A stretch of 64,000 nt of DNA, from assembly GCA_965219705.1 (NCBI GenBank), contig OZ244789.1, positions 1,526,718-1,590,717 of the forward strand. The letters run 5' to 3'. The DNA comes from Chloroflexota bacterium. Lineage in GTDB: Bacteria; Chloroflexota; UBA11872. The notes under the pieces are model-generated. The model made no database searches. It was not told the DNA's origin and saw nothing but the letters and a program-made list of their open reading frames with translations. Below are positions 27,523 through 37,211 of the stretch, piece by piece; the first letter of the stretch is position 1; every line of letters begins with the position of its first letter. The translations under genes were made by a program, and so were the position numbers.

Positions 27523-30114
27523 ATGCCCATGCATCCAGCGACGCCGCCGGAGTTGCGCTCGGTGCGGCAGTGGGCCGGGCGCTGGATTTGGGTCGAGGGC
27601 GAGCGCAAGCCCTTCCATTTCTTCCTCTATGCCCGGCGCACGTTCAGCCTCGAGCAGGCGCCCGCGGCGGCGCGGCTGCGCATCAGCGCCTCGGACCGCT
27701 ACGCGCTCTGGGTAAACGGGCGGTATATCGCACGGGGACCGGCGCGCAGCGACCCGCGGCGGAAGAGCTATGACAGCCACGACGTGGCGGCGCACCTGCG
27801 GCCCGGCGCCAACACCATCGCCGTGCGGGCCTATCACTACGCCACGCCTCGCAAGCGCGACGGCTGGTCGAGCTGGAGCGGCAACGCCTATGGCGTCGGC
27901 GAGCGCGCAGGCCTGTGGGCACAGCTCGAGACCGAAGATCACGACGGAGCCACTTCAACCATAGGCACCGATGCCGCCTGGCGCGTGCGTCCGGCGAACG
28001 CCTGGGACCGGACGATCAAGGCAAACCACGCGCTGCTGGGTCCGCCGGAGGTCTATGACGCCGCCGCCGACCCGACCGACTGGATGCAGCCGGAGTTCGA
28101 TGACACCGACTGGGACGCGGCCTGGGAAGTCCCGACCAGCGACTACGACTGGGTGCTGCTGGAGGCCCGGGAAACGGCGTTGCTGGACGAGCGCGAGGTG
28201 TTTCCCATGCGCGCGGCGGCCACGGGCGAAGTGATCGAGGAGAGCCGGGGGGCCGTCCGCGACCTTCCCGAGCGCCTGGTGCAGGAAGTGCACTTTCCGC
28301 TGGAGCACGCGGTCATCCAGAACGCCGACGCCCTGTTGCGCCCCGACGGCGTGAGCGAGCTGCGGGGCGTGTTCGCTCCGGGATACGGCATCCGCTCGCC
28401 GTTCATCGTGCTGGATTTCGGGCGGCAGCTCTTCGGATTCCCACGAGTCCGGCTGACGGCGCCTGCCGGGGCCATTGTCGACATGACCTACGGCCAGCAG
28501 CTCATCAACGGCCGCATCCCGCCCGGAGCGCCCTACGGCGACCGTTACCTGGCCCGAGAGGGCCGGCAGGTGTGGGAGCCGGCCGAATACAAGCAGTTCC
28601 GCTATCTGCACCTGTGCGTGCGCAGTGCATATGGGCCGGTGCAGATCGAGTCGGTATCGGTCGATGAGTACGTGTATCCGGCTGAGCGGCGCGGCGCGTT
28701 CGAGTGCGACGATCCACTCCTAGGCGCGCTGTGGACCGCCTGCGCCGACACGGCCTATCTCAACTTCGAGGACACGCTGGTGCACGAGGGGTTCCGCGAG
28801 CGGGCGATCTTCAACACCGGCGATGGCAGCCACGTGATGCACATGTGCTTTGCGGCCTATGGCGATCTAACGCTCACCGACCGCTTCATGCGGCTGGTGC
28901 CGTTGAGCAACCGCGGCGACGGGATGCTGCAGATGGTGTATCCGCCGGAGAACCCCCAGCGCTACGTGGTGGCCAACTTCCTGTTCCAGTGGAGCATCCG
29001 CGTGCGCGAGCACTATCTGCATACCGGGCGGCGCTGGGTGCTGGAGGAGCTGTACCGCAGCGTGCCGCCCCAGATCGACTGGTATGAGCCGCACCGCGAC
29101 GCCGACGGGCTGCTGCGCGACCTGCCGCTCTCAAACACGCTCGACTGGACGCCGAACGACCTGCGCGGCGCCAGCTTCATCACCAACGCGCTCTACGTGG
29201 CCGGGCTGGAGGACGCGGCCTGGCTGGCCGACCGGGTGGGCGTGGCCCGCGACGCCGAGCGCTGGCGACGCATCGCCGCCGATGTGCGCCAGACGCTGCG
29301 CTCCAGATTCTGGGACGAGGATCGCGGGCTGTTCCACGACAGCGACCAGGCCCGTGGGGCGGACGGCGTCTACAGCGATATTTCCAATGCCTACGCCATC
29401 CTCTACGGCATCGCGCCGCCCGAGCGCCGAGCGGCTGTGGCGCGCGCGATCGTGGAGCGATACGACGACCTGGTGCAGGCCACGCCGCTGTTCTTCGGCT
29501 ACGTGGCCGACGCGATCCTCGGCGCCGGGCTGGTCGACGAAGGGCTCGATCTGATCCGGCGGCGCTTCCGACCGATGCTGGAGTCCACGGACAATCCCAT
29601 GATCTGGGAGCTGTGGGACCCGTTCACCGGTGGGCACCGCATCATTGAGGACGCCGACTACGCCCAACGTGACGATGAGAACCGCGTGCGGCCCATGTCG
29701 ACGCGGAGCCTGGCGCACACCGGCGGCATTCTGGTGGGCTACGTGCTCTCGACTCGGGTGCTGGGCGTCACGCCCACGGCGCCGGGATTCGCAACCTGTC
29801 GGATCGCCCCGCGGACGGGGTCACTGCCGCGCGTGTCGGGCGCCTTCCCGACGCCTCACGGCGACATCGCGGTGCGCTGGCGGCGCACGCCGGACGGGCA
29901 AGCACTGACCGTTGACATTCCGCCCGGCGTCGAGGCCGAAATCGTGCTCGAGCGCGCGGTCGATCGATGCGAGACGCTAGTCTACCGCGAATCCGAGACG
30001 CCGCTGGACGACGCGGAGGCCGTGGCCGCGGCCGGACTGGTGGTGGACGACGCCACGGTGCGCACGACTGTGCGCTGCGGAATGCACTCCTTCGAGTTGC
30101 GAGCGGCGCGGTAG
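27523..30114 (+). CDS. Alpha-L-rhamnosidase (GH78)
   Basis: SASDRYALWVNG, LDFGR, FRY, RER, IWELW, SLAH, PTPHGDI. Confidence 0.9.
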   Translation: MPMHPATPPELRSVRQWAGRWIWVEGERKPFHFFLYARRTFSLEQAPAAARLRISASDRYALWVNGRYIARGPARSDPRRKSYDSHDVAAHLRPGANTIAVRAYHYATPRKRDGWSSWSGNAYGVGERAGLWAQLETEDHDGATSTIGTDAAWRVRPANAWDRTIKANHALLGPPEVYDAAADPTDWMQPEFDDTDWDAAWEVPTSDYDWVLLEARETALLDEREVFPMRAAATGEVIEESRGAVRDLPERLVQEVHFPLEHAVIQNADALLRPDGVSELRGVFAPGYGIRSPFIVLDFGRQLFGFPRVRLTAPAGAIVDMTYGQQLINGRIPPGAPYGDRYLAREGRQVWEPAEYKQFRYLHLCVRSAYGPVQIESVSVDEYVYPAERRGAFECDDPLLGALWTACADTAYLNFEDTLVHEGFRERAIFNTGDGSHVMHMCFAAYGDLTLTDRFMRLVPLSNRGDGMLQMVYPPENPQRYVVANFLFQWSIRVREHYLHTGRRWVLEELYRSVPPQIDWYEPHRDADGLLRDLPLSNTLDWTPNDLRGASFITNALYVAGLEDAAWLADRVGVARDAERWRRIAADVRQTLRSRFWDEDRGLFHDSDQARGADGVYSDISNAYAILYGIAPPERRAAVARAIVERYDDLVQATPLFFGYVADAILGAGLVDEGLDLIRRRFRPMLESTDNPMIWELWDPFTGGHRIIEDADYAQRDDENRVRPMSTRSLAHTGGILVGYVLSTRVLGVTPTAPGFATCRIAPRTGSLPRVSGAFPTPHGDIAVRWRRTPDGQALTVDIPPGVEAEIVLERAVDRCETLVYRESETPLDDAEAVAAAGLVVDDATVRTTVRCGMHSFELRAAR

Positions 30115-30527
30115 CGCCGGCGCGTCAGCTTGCGGGCAGCCGTAGGACCCATGGAGTGCAGAGTCCCGCGCTATCTCTCGCAGCCCACGCCATCACGATC
30201 CCCATCAAACCGGTGAGGATCCGACCCCACGACCAAGCGATTTCTGTAAAGGAGCGCGCCACAATCAAGGTCGGGCGGCGCGGCATCGCGAGGTCACCGT
30301 GGAACTGTGTAGATGGTGGGGAAGGTGCCGTCGGCGGGGCCGCTAGCGGCGGTCGCGCAGGTACCACGCCTTGAGCAGGGGGCCACCAGCAGCGCGACCA
30401 GCGAGATGGCGAAGATCAGGTAGATCAACTCGCGCAGGCCGAGGCTATCCGGCATGTCGGGCCGTCTACCAGATGTGGTGGATGGGCGTCATTGCAGTCT
30501 TGCGTCTACAGCGCGCAGCCGATGCCA

Positions 30528-30775
30528 TCACAGTCGCCGTTCCGGCAGTGCGGCAATCTCGGGAAACCGGCGTCTGCATACAGGGCAGACGACAACTGTC
30601 CGCCCGGTGCTCTCGGCCTTCTGGTAGGCATGTTGCGCTGTGCGAAACCCTTCGTGATACCAGCCGGTGGGGGCGTGGTGCTGCTTACGCCGCCATGCTG
30701 TTTCACGTAGCCGCAGGATGTCTCATGAACGGAGGCGTAGTTGTGGACTCGGTTTTTATAGACGATGTAAGACAC
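30528..30775 (-). pseudogene. Small His/Cys protein frameshifted at a C5 run (or a sequencing error)
   Basis: Adding one C at 30669-30673 joins MSYIVYKNRVHNYASVHETSC...TTPP to TGWYHEGF...VVVCPVCRRRF...RRL* (82 aa). Confidence 0.65.
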
Positions 30776-30808
30776 GGCTAACCTCCTCGCCAGGGTCGCA
30801 GGCGACTG

Positions 30809-32278
30809 TCACTCGCAGAATCCTTCGAGCAACCTCTGCATATCCGGGAAGTAGCCTGCGGCTTCCTCAATAAGCTGACCACCCTCCTCGATCTTGTCTG
30901 CATCGAAGTTGTCAATCCCTTCTATCAATGCCTCTGCACTGTCAATCGATTTGCGAGCCATACTCGAACTCAGGCGATGGATCTCCTGGGCTTGCGTGGA
31001 GTTAGGTGCATCAAGATCAAGGATATGCTGCGATCCGATCATAAGTACAGCAGCTTGGACGCCAAATGCAATCCTGAAGTTATCAGTGAAGAAAAGCAGC
31101 GGGTTTTCTCCGCCGAGCATGAGCAAGTCGCCTAGTGCTACAGCCGCATCTCCTATGATCGCCAATTGTTCGCTCAACCTAAGCATATATGCCGCCTCAG
31201 CCGCCGTTGGGCAAGTCCCTGGCGTCGGCGCGGGTGTGCCGGTTGGCGTTGGAGACGCAGACGCCAAGGTCGTGGCATCGGCAACCGCAGCCGTCGTGGA
31301 TGCTGGGAGCCGCAGGGTCGCACCCGTGCGGATCAGGTTTGGGTCTTCGATGTCGTTCGCGTCGATCAAGTCGTCCACCGTCGTGCCGAACTGCTGGGCG
31401 ATGGACCGCAAGGTGTCGCCGGACTGCACGACGTACTCGGTCGGTGCCGGTGTGGGCGTGGCAGTGGCCATCGCTGCGGCCGTTGGCGTGAAAGGCAGCT
31501 CCACGGGGTGCGCAACCTCAAAAAGTCCGCTTGTGGAGTAGTTGAGAAGCCGCCCCTCCGGACCTTGCTCGATTACAATATAGTCCTCTTTGAAGACGAG
31601 AATCTTGAATCGCCTTCCTGCCGTCACAGGAGTTTCCGATAGCTCATACGTCGAGATATCACCATCCTTTGTGATACGTTGCATGAACGGATCTCCCTGA
31701 TCTATATATACCGTTAGAATGCCTGACAAAGGACCACTCTGCTCGCTGATATATCGTCCGATGATCTTCTGGGCATCAGGCAAGGGTTCGGCTAAGAGAC
31801 GCTGCTCATCTTCAGTAGTCAACCCGTGGATAGAGATGCTGTCGAGCGTGGAACCTTCGAACCTGACCAAGCCCCAACTCGACCCCCTATCAGTATCCAT
31901 CCCATCGATGTAATAGCTAATGTCAAGTAGCTCGTAGCTTAGATCGTCGTTTCTGATCTGCCATGATACTTTATTGAGTAACGATTCAGGCACTTTCTCA
32001 TCAAGTACGACTTTTAGTATCAGCTTATTTGCCAAGGGATTGGCGCGTTTTACAATCGCCCAGTCGGCCTCTGGTGGCGACGTAGGGCTGGGTGTCGGCT
32101 GGGGCGTAACGGTTGGGGCAGTGGTCGGATCCCGCGACGGCGTTGGAGGCTTGGCGACCGACGCGCTTGGCGCGGACGTATCGGGCTCTGCGGTCACCGT
32201 CATCCAGATACCGATTCCGATGACAACCGCGATCACGAGAATGATTAGACCGAGGCAGCCCCGGAGAAAGTCCTTCAC
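30809..32278 (-). CDS. Membrane-anchored LysM domain protein
   Basis: N-terminal TM, Pro/Thr linkers, YVVQSGDTLRSIAQQFG...NDIEDPNLIRTGATLRLP; visibly lower GC. Confidence 0.88.
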   Translation of the reverse strand: MKDFLRGCLGLIILVIAVVIGIGIWMTVTAEPDTSAPSASVAKPPTPSRDPTTAPTVTPQPTPSPTSPPEADWAIVKRANPLANKLILKVVLDEKVPESLLNKVSWQIRNDDLSYELLDISYYIDGMDTDRGSSWGLVRFEGSTLDSISIHGLTTEDEQRLLAEPLPDAQKIIGRYISEQSGPLSGILTVYIDQGDPFMQRITKDGDISTYELSETPVTAGRRFKILVFKEDYIVIEQGPEGRLLNYSTSGLFEVAHPVELPFTPTAAAMATATPTPAPTEYVVQSGDTLRSIAQQFGTTVDDLIDANDIEDPNLIRTGATLRLPASTTAAVADATTLASASPTPTGTPAPTPGTCPTAAEAAYMLRLSEQLAIIGDAAVALGDLLMLGGENPLLFFTDNFRIAFGVQAAVLMIGSQHILDLDAPNSTQAQEIHRLSSSMARKSIDSAEALIEGIDNFDADKIEEGGQLIEEAAGYFPDMQRLLEGFCE

Positions 32279-32446
32279 AGGACTACGGCCACCCTAGTTC
32301 CCATCGTCGAGTCGTCACAAACTCCAGCGCACATAGGCCGGGCGACGGGTGACCATGCCAATAAATATGTCACGCAATTCTCAGATAGGCGGCGATCCTA
32401 GCACAGCCCCCGCACCACAAGTTGGCACAGCGGGTAACATGCCGCC

Positions 32447-33163
32447 ATGACCGCACGGAACTTCGGGCGACGTCTCCCCTTCGCGCTGCTAATGGCGCTG
32501 TGCGCGTTCCTCCTCGCAGGCTGCATCCGCGTCGAGGTGACCTTCACCGTGAACGAGGACGGCTCCGGAGCAGTCGACACGGTGGTGGCGGTCGACGAAG
32601 CTCTGCTCGCGCTTTCCGATGAATCCGTAGCGGACCTTGCTCCAAACATCGACGACCTGCCACCGGGCGCGGTCGTCGATGAGTACCACGAGGACGGATT
32701 CGTCGGGCAGGTCGTGAGCGTGCCGTTTCCCGACATGGTGCTGGCCGCGGATTCGCTGAGGGGCGTGAATGAGGCGACCGAGGGCTGGGATTGGGGGTTC
32801 GCGCGCGAGGGAGACAGCTGGCGGTTCACGATGGCCGTCTCGCCGCAGGGTGAAGAACTGGCCGGCGAGAACGGAGATTTTGCCGCCGGCCTGGCGACCG
32901 CCCTCGTCGAATCCGCCGAATTTCGGGTGCGCGTCTCGCTGCCCGGCGAGATTGCGGAGCACAACGCCGACCGGGTCGAGAACGGCGCACTGGTGTGGGA
33001 CCTCGACTTCATGAGCACCGAGCCGCGCACGCTCAGTGCCCGCAGCCAGACGGCGGGCGTCGGGCCGGTCGTCGTGGTCGTCGCGGCCGGGGCGGTGGTT
33101 GCCGTCGTGATGCTGGCCACGCTGGCAGCGCGGTCGGCCCTTCGTGCCCGCCGCCGGGTGTAG
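32447..33163 (+). CDS. LppM/DUF3153-like lipoprotein
   Basis: LLAGC lipobox, VNEDGSG, LPGEIAEHNAD...LVWDL, C-terminal TM. Confidence 0.78.
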   Translation: MTARNFGRRLPFALLMALCAFLLAGCIRVEVTFTVNEDGSGAVDTVVAVDEALLALSDESVADLAPNIDDLPPGAVVDEYHEDGFVGQVVSVPFPDMVLAADSLRGVNEATEGWDWGFAREGDSWRFTMAVSPQGEELAGENGDFAAGLATALVESAEFRVRVSLPGEIAEHNADRVENGALVWDLDFMSTEPRTLSARSQTAGVGPVVVVVAAGAVVAVVMLATLAARSALRARRRV

Positions 33164-33164
33164 G

Positions 33165-33209
33165 CTGCGCGGCCGCACCCACGACTTCGAGCTGCGAGCC
33201 GTGCCTTAG
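33165..33209 (+). pseudogene. Diverged relic of the GH78 gene 3' end (30070-30114)
   Basis: LRGRTHDFELRAVP* versus VRCGMHSFELRAAR*, 32/45 nt identical, stop codons aligned. Confidence 0.65.
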
Positions 33210-33219
33210 ATCCGTCCAG

Positions 33220-34326
33220 TTAGCTCCCGTACCCCGCCGTCTGGTGGCGGGTGTCGTAGCGGCCGGGGTAGCGGACGGGGAGCTCGCCGGATTCGATCAT
33301 TTGTATGAGTGGCGAGGCCATGGTCTTGAGCGGCAGGCGCACCAGCGTGCGGGTGCGGGCTGACTCGTAGATCGCCATCAGCGCTTCTTGGGTCTTGATG
33401 GCGAGATGGGCGTCGCCGCGATGCTCCTCGAGGTTGCCCGCGGCCCAGGCCGCCAAGGCGTCGATCTCGCGCAGGCGCGCGTCATCGTAGTAGTCGCCGC
33501 CTGCGGGGATGTCCCGCGTGCGCCCATCCCCGCCCGCGATCCGCACCGCATAGTCCGAGCCGCGGCCGTCCTGGGAGACGATCAGCAGGCCATCGGTGCC
33601 GACGATGAGGTGGGTGTGCGCTTCGAGGCCGGGCGCCGCGGGCGTCTCGCTTTCCAGGGACAGGCGCATTCCGCCGGCCAGGCCGACGACCGCGGCGGCC
33701 ATCTCCTCGCTGGGCCAACCGCGCTCCCAGCGGTCAGACTCGCGCTGCACGTTGCCCAGCACCCATTCCACCTCGGGCTGCCCCAGCATGAACAGCATGC
33801 GGTCCAGAGCGTGGGTGAGGTGGTTCGTGATCCCGCCGACGGTGCAGCCCACGCGGGCGAAGATGGGAGTGCCGATGTCGCCCGCCGCCACCGCGTCCCG
33901 CGCCTGCTCGTAGGCCCGCAGCCAGCGGCCCTGATGCCCGATGGCCAGCTTCACGCCAAACTTGTCGCAGGTCGCCAGCATGGCGCGCGCCTCGCCCAGA
34001 TTGCCGGCCATGGCCTTCTCGCACAGGATGGCCGTGGGCGCGTAGCGGCTGGCGGCGAGGATCGTGAGCGGCGCGTGGGTCGCCTGCGGAGTCGCAATGC
34101 TGAGGATGTCGGGCCGTTGCTCACGCAGCATCGTCTCGAAGTCGGTGTAGCGGGCCTCCACGTCGTGTTGGTCGGCCAGCGCGTGGCAGCGCGATTCGAT
34201 GGCGTCGCAGATCGCCACCAGCTCGGCGCGGGCGCTGGCGGCATAGCCGGCGGCGTGCTTTCGTCCGATGCGGGCGCCGACGACGGCCGCGCGCAGCGGG
34301 CGGTTCGGGTCAGGCGTCGCGGCCAC
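33220..34326 (-). CDS. Gfo/Idh/MocA oxidoreductase
   Basis: Rossmann N-terminus, CEKAMA, IGHQGR. Confidence 0.92.
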   Translation of the reverse strand: MAATPDPNRPLRAAVVGARIGRKHAAGYAASARAELVAICDAIESRCHALADQHDVEARYTDFETMLREQRPDILSIATPQATHAPLTILAASRYAPTAILCEKAMAGNLGEARAMLATCDKFGVKLAIGHQGRWLRAYEQARDAVAAGDIGTPIFARVGCTVGGITNHLTHALDRMLFMLGQPEVEWVLGNVQRESDRWERGWPSEEMAAAVVGLAGGMRLSLESETPAAPGLEAHTHLIVGTDGLLIVSQDGRGSDYAVRIAGGDGRTRDIPAGGDYYDDARLREIDALAAWAAGNLEEHRGDAHLAIKTQEALMAIYESARTRTLVRLPLKTMASPLIQMIESGELPVRYPGRYDTRHQTAGYGS

Positions 34327-34329
34327 GGC

Positions 34330-35421
34330 TTAGATCTCCACCGGGGGGTAGACGTCCGGACGGCGGATGTCATAAGCGCCCGGATAGCGAATCGGCAATT
34401 GGCCGTCCTCGATCATCACTTCGAGCGGCGAGCGCCGGGTGTGGAGCGGCAGCGTGACGCGGGTGCGCGTGCGCGCCGACTCGTAGATGGCCATGAGGGC
34501 TTCATGCGAGGGCAGGGTGCGCGCGATTGATTGCTCGTGCTCCGGGCCACCGTCCAGCCACCCTGCCAGCCGGTCGACCTGAGCGATCCACGGGTCCACG
34601 TCGGGGAAGTCGGACGACGGTATATCCAGGTCGGCGTGCGCGCGTGACACCAGGCGCAGGTCGAATTCCTCGCGGCCATGCGCTTGGTGACTGGTGACGC
34701 GCAGCGTGCCCTCATCGCCCGCCAGCACGAAGCCCCAGTTGCCGACCGTGAGGTTGGCGCCGATGTCCACGTCGAGCACCAGGCGCGCACCGCCTTCGAA
34801 CGCGATCACACCCATGCACAGATCCTCGACGGGCAGGCCGCGTTCGTACCGGTCCGTTTCCCGTTGCACCTGGCCCACGGCCCAGGCGACCGCCGGATCG
34901 CTCAGCATGAAGCGGATCAGGTCGACGACGTGGGAGGCCTGATTCAGCAAGCCGCCTTCCTGCACGCTCACCGTACTGGCGAGGGGTCGTCCGATTGCGC
35001 CCTGGGAGATGAGCCGGCGCGCATGCGCGAACTGCGGCAGCTGGCGGCGCATGTGGCCGATGATGAGCTTCACGCCGTGCTCGTCGCAGGCCGCGGTCAT
35101 GGCCTCGACGCTGCCCACGTCCGGCGCCATGGGCTTCTCGCAAATGATCGCCTTGGGTCGAGCCTCGGCGGCGGCGATCACCATTGGTGCGTGGAGTTGG
35201 CAGGGCGTGCAGACGCTCACGATGTCCAGCGCCTCATGCTCCAGCATGGCCTCGGCGCTGGTGTAGCGGCGCGGCACGTCGAAGCGCCGACCCACCTCGT
35301 CCACGAGCGCGGCGTCGAGATCGGCGATCGCGGCAAGCTGCGTGGCGGCGCTGCCCGTATAGCCATGCGCATGCCGGGCCCCGACGCGAAGCCCCACGAT
35401 GCCGGCGCGATACATCGTCAT
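34330..35421 (-). CDS. Gfo/Idh/MocA oxidoreductase (tandem paralog)
   Basis: CEKPMA, IGHMRR; shares the C-terminal EALMAIYESARTRT...RYPG-YD motif. Confidence 0.92.
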   Translation of the reverse strand: MTMYRAGIVGLRVGARHAHGYTGSAATQLAAIADLDAALVDEVGRRFDVPRRYTSAEAMLEHEALDIVSVCTPCQLHAPMVIAAAEARPKAIICEKPMAPDVGSVEAMTAACDEHGVKLIIGHMRRQLPQFAHARRLISQGAIGRPLASTVSVQEGGLLNQASHVVDLIRFMLSDPAVAWAVGQVQRETDRYERGLPVEDLCMGVIAFEGGARLVLDVDIGANLTVGNWGFVLAGDEGTLRVTSHQAHGREEFDLRLVSRAHADLDIPSSDFPDVDPWIAQVDRLAGWLDGGPEHEQSIARTLPSHEALMAIYESARTRTRVTLPLHTRRSPLEVMIEDGQLPIRYPGAYDIRRPDVYPPVEI

Positions 35422-35606
35422 CGCCCTTGTGCAAGCCGCCGACCGGCGGTCATGAGCGCAGAATAGCGTCAGCACAAACCGCTGACCACCAGCGGGCCGC
35501 TGCTATCCTGCCCAAGGGTGCCTGCTCTGGAATGAGCCGGGCCGCCCGCGCTTCCGAGCGGCGGCTCGCCTTGGCCCTTCGGTCAGCCCCCCGAGGCTTC
35601 CAGCAC

Positions 35607-37199
35607 GTGGCGAACCCATCCCCATCAGCGGGCGCTCAGCGCCCACGCCGTCCGCCGCCGCGCATTGCCGCCGGGCGTTGCTCGCGGCGAGCTATCTTGC
35701 GCGCGCTGCCGCTTGCCGTGGCGGTCGGCATGGCGGGTTGCGAGACGGTGCCGCCGCCCGCGGACCTGCCCCCCGTGACCCCCCTCCCGGTCGAGTTTGT
35801 AAGCGTGCCGCGGTTTACGCCGACGCCGACCCCAATCCCGAGCTCGACGCCGCCCCCGCGCCCGACGGTCGCCGCGCCGGAACGCACGCCCCTGCCGGCC
35901 GGCACGACGATCCGGTTCGCGGGCTGGGGCACGCCCGCCGACCTGAGCGCGCTGCGCCAGGCGCTGGCGGCCTTCGAGCTGGCGCAACCCGAGGTCGATC
36001 TGGTCGTGCGGCTGGACAACGCCTTGGCCGGCGAGAGCATGCGCAGCGTCTTGCGCGACGGCATCGAGGCGGACGTGGTGCGGGTGGCGGCGGACGATGT
36101 ATTCGACCTGACGGCCGACGGCTTGCTGGCGCCGCTGGACGACTTCGTGGCGCGCGACTTGGACTTCGAGGACCTCGCCCCCGCTGTAACCACGGCGCGA
36201 TCCGGGCCCGGTGGGGAGGTGGCCGCCCTCAGCCTGGGCGCCGCCTATCTCGGAGTGTTTTACAACGAAGCCCACCTGGAGTCCGCGGGTGTGGAGCCGC
36301 CGTCAAGCTGGGAGGACCCGTGGTCGATAGCCGAGTTCGAGTACGCCACGCGGCGTCTCACCGCGGCCGATGAAGACCGCGTCGACCGCTTTGGCCTCGC
36401 CGCCGTGCCGTGGTTGACTCGGGCCGCTCTGGCTGGCGCCGCCGGGCTGAGCGGGGCGGAGGCGTTCTTTGCTCCCGATCAGACTCGATCAACCATGCAG
36501 TCGCCCTTGCACGCGCGCACCCTGCGGCGCATGGCGCGCTGGCGCAGCAGGTCAAGGGTCGAGCTGGGTCTTGAGGAGCGCTTTGCGGGGCCGTTCAACG
36601 GCGGGCTCGTGGCGCTGTATGTCGATGCCAGCGACTTTGCGCCGCTGGTGCGGCCGGAGGTGCGCTGGGGCGTGGCGCCGCTGCCCGCCTGGAGCAACGG
36701 CCCCTCGCTGACGGAGGGCGTGGAGCTCTGCGTGGCCGTCAACGGCGCCAGCGAAGATCTTGAGCCAGCCTGGCGTCTCGTCCACGCCTTTCTGGAGCCC
36801 GAAGCCCAGCGCGCGCTGGCGCGCACCGACGCCGCCGTGCCGTTTCGCCGCTCAGTGCTGCGCGAGCCGGCCTTTCTCGACCCCAACCGGCTGCCGGTGG
36901 ACCGCACCGCCTGGAGTGGCGCGGTCGGTCATGACCTGCAGACGCCCTCGAATCCCGGATCGAAGGCGTGGCACTTCTTGACGGCCGCCCCTATCGAAGC
37001 GGTGCGCCGCGGTGCCGCCGACGCCGACACGTTTCTCGAACAGGCCGATGACCTCATCACCCGCCAACTCGAGGCGCACGAGTGGTCGGTGGCGAAGGAC
37101 GTTCCGGGCTACCGCCGTCCGCCGTCGCTGGGGAACGTGCTGCTGCGCGAGTTCGACGAGCGCCGGGAGCAGGAGCGGGGCAGCGACGCGGCGCCCTAG
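35607..37199 (+). CDS. Sugar ABC-type extracellular solute-binding lipoprotein
   Basis: SRRAIL...MAGC signal, LAPLDDF, VFYN, WGVAPLP; start inferred. Confidence 0.82.
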   Translation: MANPSPSAGAQRPRRPPPRIAAGRCSRRAILRALPLAVAVGMAGCETVPPPADLPPVTPLPVEFVSVPRFTPTPTPIPSSTPPPRPTVAAPERTPLPAGTTIRFAGWGTPADLSALRQALAAFELAQPEVDLVVRLDNALAGESMRSVLRDGIEADVVRVAADDVFDLTADGLLAPLDDFVARDLDFEDLAPAVTTARSGPGGEVAALSLGAAYLGVFYNEAHLESAGVEPPSSWEDPWSIAEFEYATRRLTAADEDRVDRFGLAAVPWLTRAALAGAAGLSGAEAFFAPDQTRSTMQSPLHARTLRRMARWRSRSRVELGLEERFAGPFNGGLVALYVDASDFAPLVRPEVRWGVAPLPAWSNGPSLTEGVELCVAVNGASEDLEPAWRLVHAFLEPEAQRALARTDAAVPFRRSVLREPAFLDPNRLPVDRTAWSGAVGHDLQTPSNPGSKAWHFLTAAPIEAVRRGAADADTFLEQADDLITRQLEAHEWSVAKDVPGYRRPPSLGNVLLREFDERREQERGSDAAP

Positions 37200-37211
37200 A
37201 TCGAGGCTCGG

